A DNA stretch of 64,000 nucleotides from NCBI GenBank assembly GCA_020137815.1, contig CM035358.1, positions 4,526,001 to 4,590,000 of the forward strand. The letters run 5' to 3'. Position 1 is the stretch's first letter. The number at the start of each line of letters is the position of its first letter. Origin of the DNA: Hormiphora californensis (Eukaryota > Animalia > Ctenophora). The notes below the pieces were generated by a model. The model had not been told where the DNA came from. It saw nothing but the letters and a program-made list of their open reading frames with translations, and searched no databases. Shown piece by piece: positions 60,827 to 64,000 of this stretch. Made by a program: the position numbers and the translations under genes.

Positions 60827-61724
60827 ATGGCAGAAGTTCACATTATAGGAACACTCGATGGTGGGGAGGGATTCTCTTCTCCTAATCTCTCCTGTAAATG
60901 GTCTTTTGAGGTTGGCGGGGCATGGAAACTTCTGGAAGGATTGAGGGACGGCCAGACACAAGTTGACCACCCGATAGATGAAGGAAGGGCACATTGGGCA
61001 CACCCTATTGACCTACATTATGCAATTAAGGGCATACAAGGGTGGCCTAAAATTTCGGTTCAGGTACAAAAATAACCACACTGTTTTGTGATATGCTTCT
61101 TTGTTCGATCATCACCTCGCCTGTAAATCATACCATGTCCCAAGTCCCACTTTCCATAATTTTCCCATCATTCAGGTGTTTTGTGAAGACATGTATGGTA
61201 GGACACAGCTGGTTGGGTATGGGTTCACCCACCTCCCTACTGCTCCTGGGCTCCACCGGATAACATGCCCCACTTGGCAACTATCAGGTGTGTTGTGTTC
61301 CCCATACTCCTCAGTCCCCCCCCCTATCTGGCTGGCACCGCTGACCCCATCTGAGCGCACTATCCCCCCCCCCCAATCAAATCTGGCCGCCAGACAGTCT
61401 CCCTATACAATTCATCGGTTTAGTAGGAACTGTTATAAAAGGAGCTCTGAATAAATATCTGAGGTTTATCTAAGAATACGATGAGAATAAAAGAGAACCA
61501 ATTGTCCTAGTATAGAGAAACCTTTCAAACCCTGTCTTCCTTTAGGTAGTACAATGGAGCAAGTTCAATCATATTTCATTGGCAGTGGACCCCAACTTCT
61601 ATCGGAAGACCTAATCAGTTCAGGAGCAGACAGATACAGATTACAAACCATCGCTTCAGGGACTGTTTACTTATCTCTCTACATAGTCACGAGAAACTTT
61701 TCCAAATTTGGTATTGATGCCTAG
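60827..61724 (+). CDS. B9D2: B9 domain-containing protein 2 (ciliary transition zone); three exons
   Basis: MAEVHIIG...CKW...GGAWKLLEGLRDGQTQVD.P...WAHPIDLHYA.KG.QGWPK...|VFCEDMYGR...GYGF.HLPTAPGLH...CPTW...|...GPQL...SGADRYRLQTIASG.V...RNFSKFGI. Confidence 0.97.
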
Positions 61725-62000
61725 TTATTGGTTTCTTGTTTTTATCCTTTTGATAGTTAGAGTGGTAGGGAGATAGTTTGTGTTGTGACGTTTGGTACAT
61801 ACTGACTGTATTTGAATCATGGTATTGTTGTCTACATGACCGCTGGTCGGACCGCATGATGACGTAATATCGGGCATGATGACGTAATTATTATTTTATT
61901 CAATTGTGTATATAAACCTGTTTATGTTATTGCAACCCTTAGAAAAGAGTTTAAAATTCAATGTAAATAAAATAATTTAAAATAAAGTTTTTAATATCAC

Positions 62001-64000
62001 TCAGTGATGATCACTGATGCTGTGCATACTGAGAACCGTTTCCTCCAGTTCGCCGTCATTTCGGAAGTGCCTCCGTCCTCGATCTCGAGTATTGGCCGTC
62101 TCAGTCGTCCCAGGATCCATTTTGGGAGGGCTGGCACTGTCCGAGGACCAGGGCAGACGGAAAAATATCCCGTACTTCTTTGCACACATCCTGTAGGGAT
62201 GGAGGGTGGTCAATTGCGTAAGGTTATTGTTAGATATTTAGCTATGATGGCAGACATGATTTACTTTAAAATTAGGTCCATTTAGGAAACAACATCAGTC
62301 CTTACCCGGTGATAGCGATTAGCATGAGCAGTGTACCCACTCCAGATACAATCCACAACCAATGAACGAAAGGGGTGGAGTCCGTCTTGAAGAATGTCGG
62401 CATACCCGGGGCATGGGCGTCCTGGACCCACCCTGATTCCGCTAAGTAGGTTTTCTAGGAAAGCGAAGTAGTGTGAGTATGATGGGTTGGTTAGAATCTT
62501 AATCGATCACGGATAGGAGGATAAAATGGGAAAATAGTGGGTTGATATTGGCAGCTCAATTGTATATGTTTACAAACCTGTCCAGCAGAGACAACCCCGA
62601 TCAGGAAAAGCCCATAATAACTTCCGGCGTCGAGCTTCCCATTTTTATACCGGCCATAAGTCCGTTCATCTCCAACAGTCCAGTCATACGGAATTGAGTT
62701 TCCCTTAAACTCTGCACTAATCCAAGGCTCCTCAAATGCTCCATTATCCGAGTAGTCCAGCAGCTGAAATTATAGAGAGATCGAGAGCTTGAAAATTTTT
62801 TGTTTTTTCAGTATACAAGAACAAGTTATTTCTGGGGAAGTGGAGATGACATCTCTTTAGACTTACCCTGGTGTCCATGTATTGAGATGGCCGACTTTTG
62901 TCAAAGATGGGCTGTCCCACTACATTAGTTCTCAACTTTACCACAGCGACCAGCCACTGTCTGTCGAGATAATATGAAATCAAAAAATGTGGTAACTCTA
63001 AACAATTTGTGAATTATATTGATTGAGGTTGGAATAAAGTTTTATGTTCTAGCCAGTAACCCTCCTTTACATTTGTACGGAAGGAGGGTCGAGCAAGGCA
63101 AGGAATAAAGAGAGAATTCCCATATTTGGTAAACTCACGTGACACCGTGGAAGTGGCCGTGGGATAGGTGAACAGTAAAGGAGGAAGAACTCCGCCCAGT
63201 TGTGGTTGTCTTGAAAACGGGAATTCGCACACTGATCTCCTTTCCATTTTCATCCAGGAATTTTGTCTTTTTCTCGGGATCGACTGGTATAACTTGGTTC
63301 CTTTGTTTGTCCTGAAGATAGGGATAAGAAATAATAAAAATAAAAATTAAATGGAAGTACAACTGTTACAGTTGCAGTGCAGTTTGCACGAAGGGTTAAT
63401 CACGGCGCTGGCAAGCGCAAAGGTGGCCATCCCCCCTCAACTGAAGTTGATGGAACACAAACCTTTTGATCATCAGGTTTATCGGGTTGATCATCAGTTT
63501 TATCCCCAGTTCCTCCACCATCAATATTATTTTTCTTCTTGTCGCGATTTCCCTCGATTTCATCATCTTTCTCTTTCAAAATGTCCTCTATCGCTCCATC
63601 AATAGCGATTAGATCAAGTTCAGGGATTTCGGGGTCAGAAGGCAGGTCAGGAGAGGGATTGTACCAATGAGCATCGTCGGAGGTCCATTCTTTGGGTCGG
63701 TGGACAATTCCATGCCGGATACCATCTGCTACCTCGATCCATTCTGTACCTTCACCATTTCTCACTTCCTTCTTTTGGTCATCTTTTTCATTATCGTTCT
63801 GCCCACTTTCCTTTCCGTTTTCTTCATCATTATATTTTTCTTCTCCCTCGTCTTTGTCGCAATCCTTCTCTTGGTCTTCTTCCTCATTCTGCTCATCTTC
63901 TTTTTCCTCTCCACCATCTTCCCCACCCTCCTCCTTTTCGTTTTGGCTTTCATCCCCGTCTAAAATCTCTTCATCGGTATCGTTGTCTACGCCATTATAA
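62001..64000 (-). CDS. 3' part of a multi-exon type I membrane protein with an acidic/Lys-rich region and a receptor-PTP-like juxtamembrane domain
   Basis: Exons give ...PWISAEF...WTVGDERTYGRYKNGKLDAGSYYGLFL...|...WLWIVSGVGTLLMLIAITG|MCAKKYG...; the gene continues beyond the window. Confidence 0.65.

Overview
This is eukaryotic, most likely animal, genomic DNA with spliceosomal GT-AG introns and a very high density of small DNA transposons. The compact genes, the antisense gene nested in an intron, and my recollection of the 109-bp CAGGAACCGACC repeat suggest a ctenophore such as Pleurobrachia; that assignment is inference. Genes reconstructed by hand: a secreted-protein gene interrupted by a TTAA foldback element, SUPT7L, TMEM129, a small single-pass membrane protein, SLC38A9 (middle exons missing; an antisense gene lies in one intron), a CDK5RAP2/centrosomin-like gene, DNALI1, a GCN5-like acetyltransferase + coiled-coil + PARP-like fusion gene, B9D2, and the 3' part of a type I membrane protein gene. 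The repeats include LINE fragments, Helitron-like elements, and many MITE/foldback families with 2-, 6- and 8-bp, TA and TTAA target duplications. The most striking pattern is that nearly every long minisatellite is a tandem amplification of a gene's own 3' splice site (branch point, pyrimidine tract and AG, usually plus the first exon bases). Each array ends at the functional acceptor. This occurs at about nine independent sites in three genes, with up to about 160 copies. A second highlight is a 109-bp MITE whose length plus its 8-bp TSD is exactly 39 codons and which sits in frame in the SUPT7L coding sequence. All coordinates and gene models were derived by eye; no searches were run.
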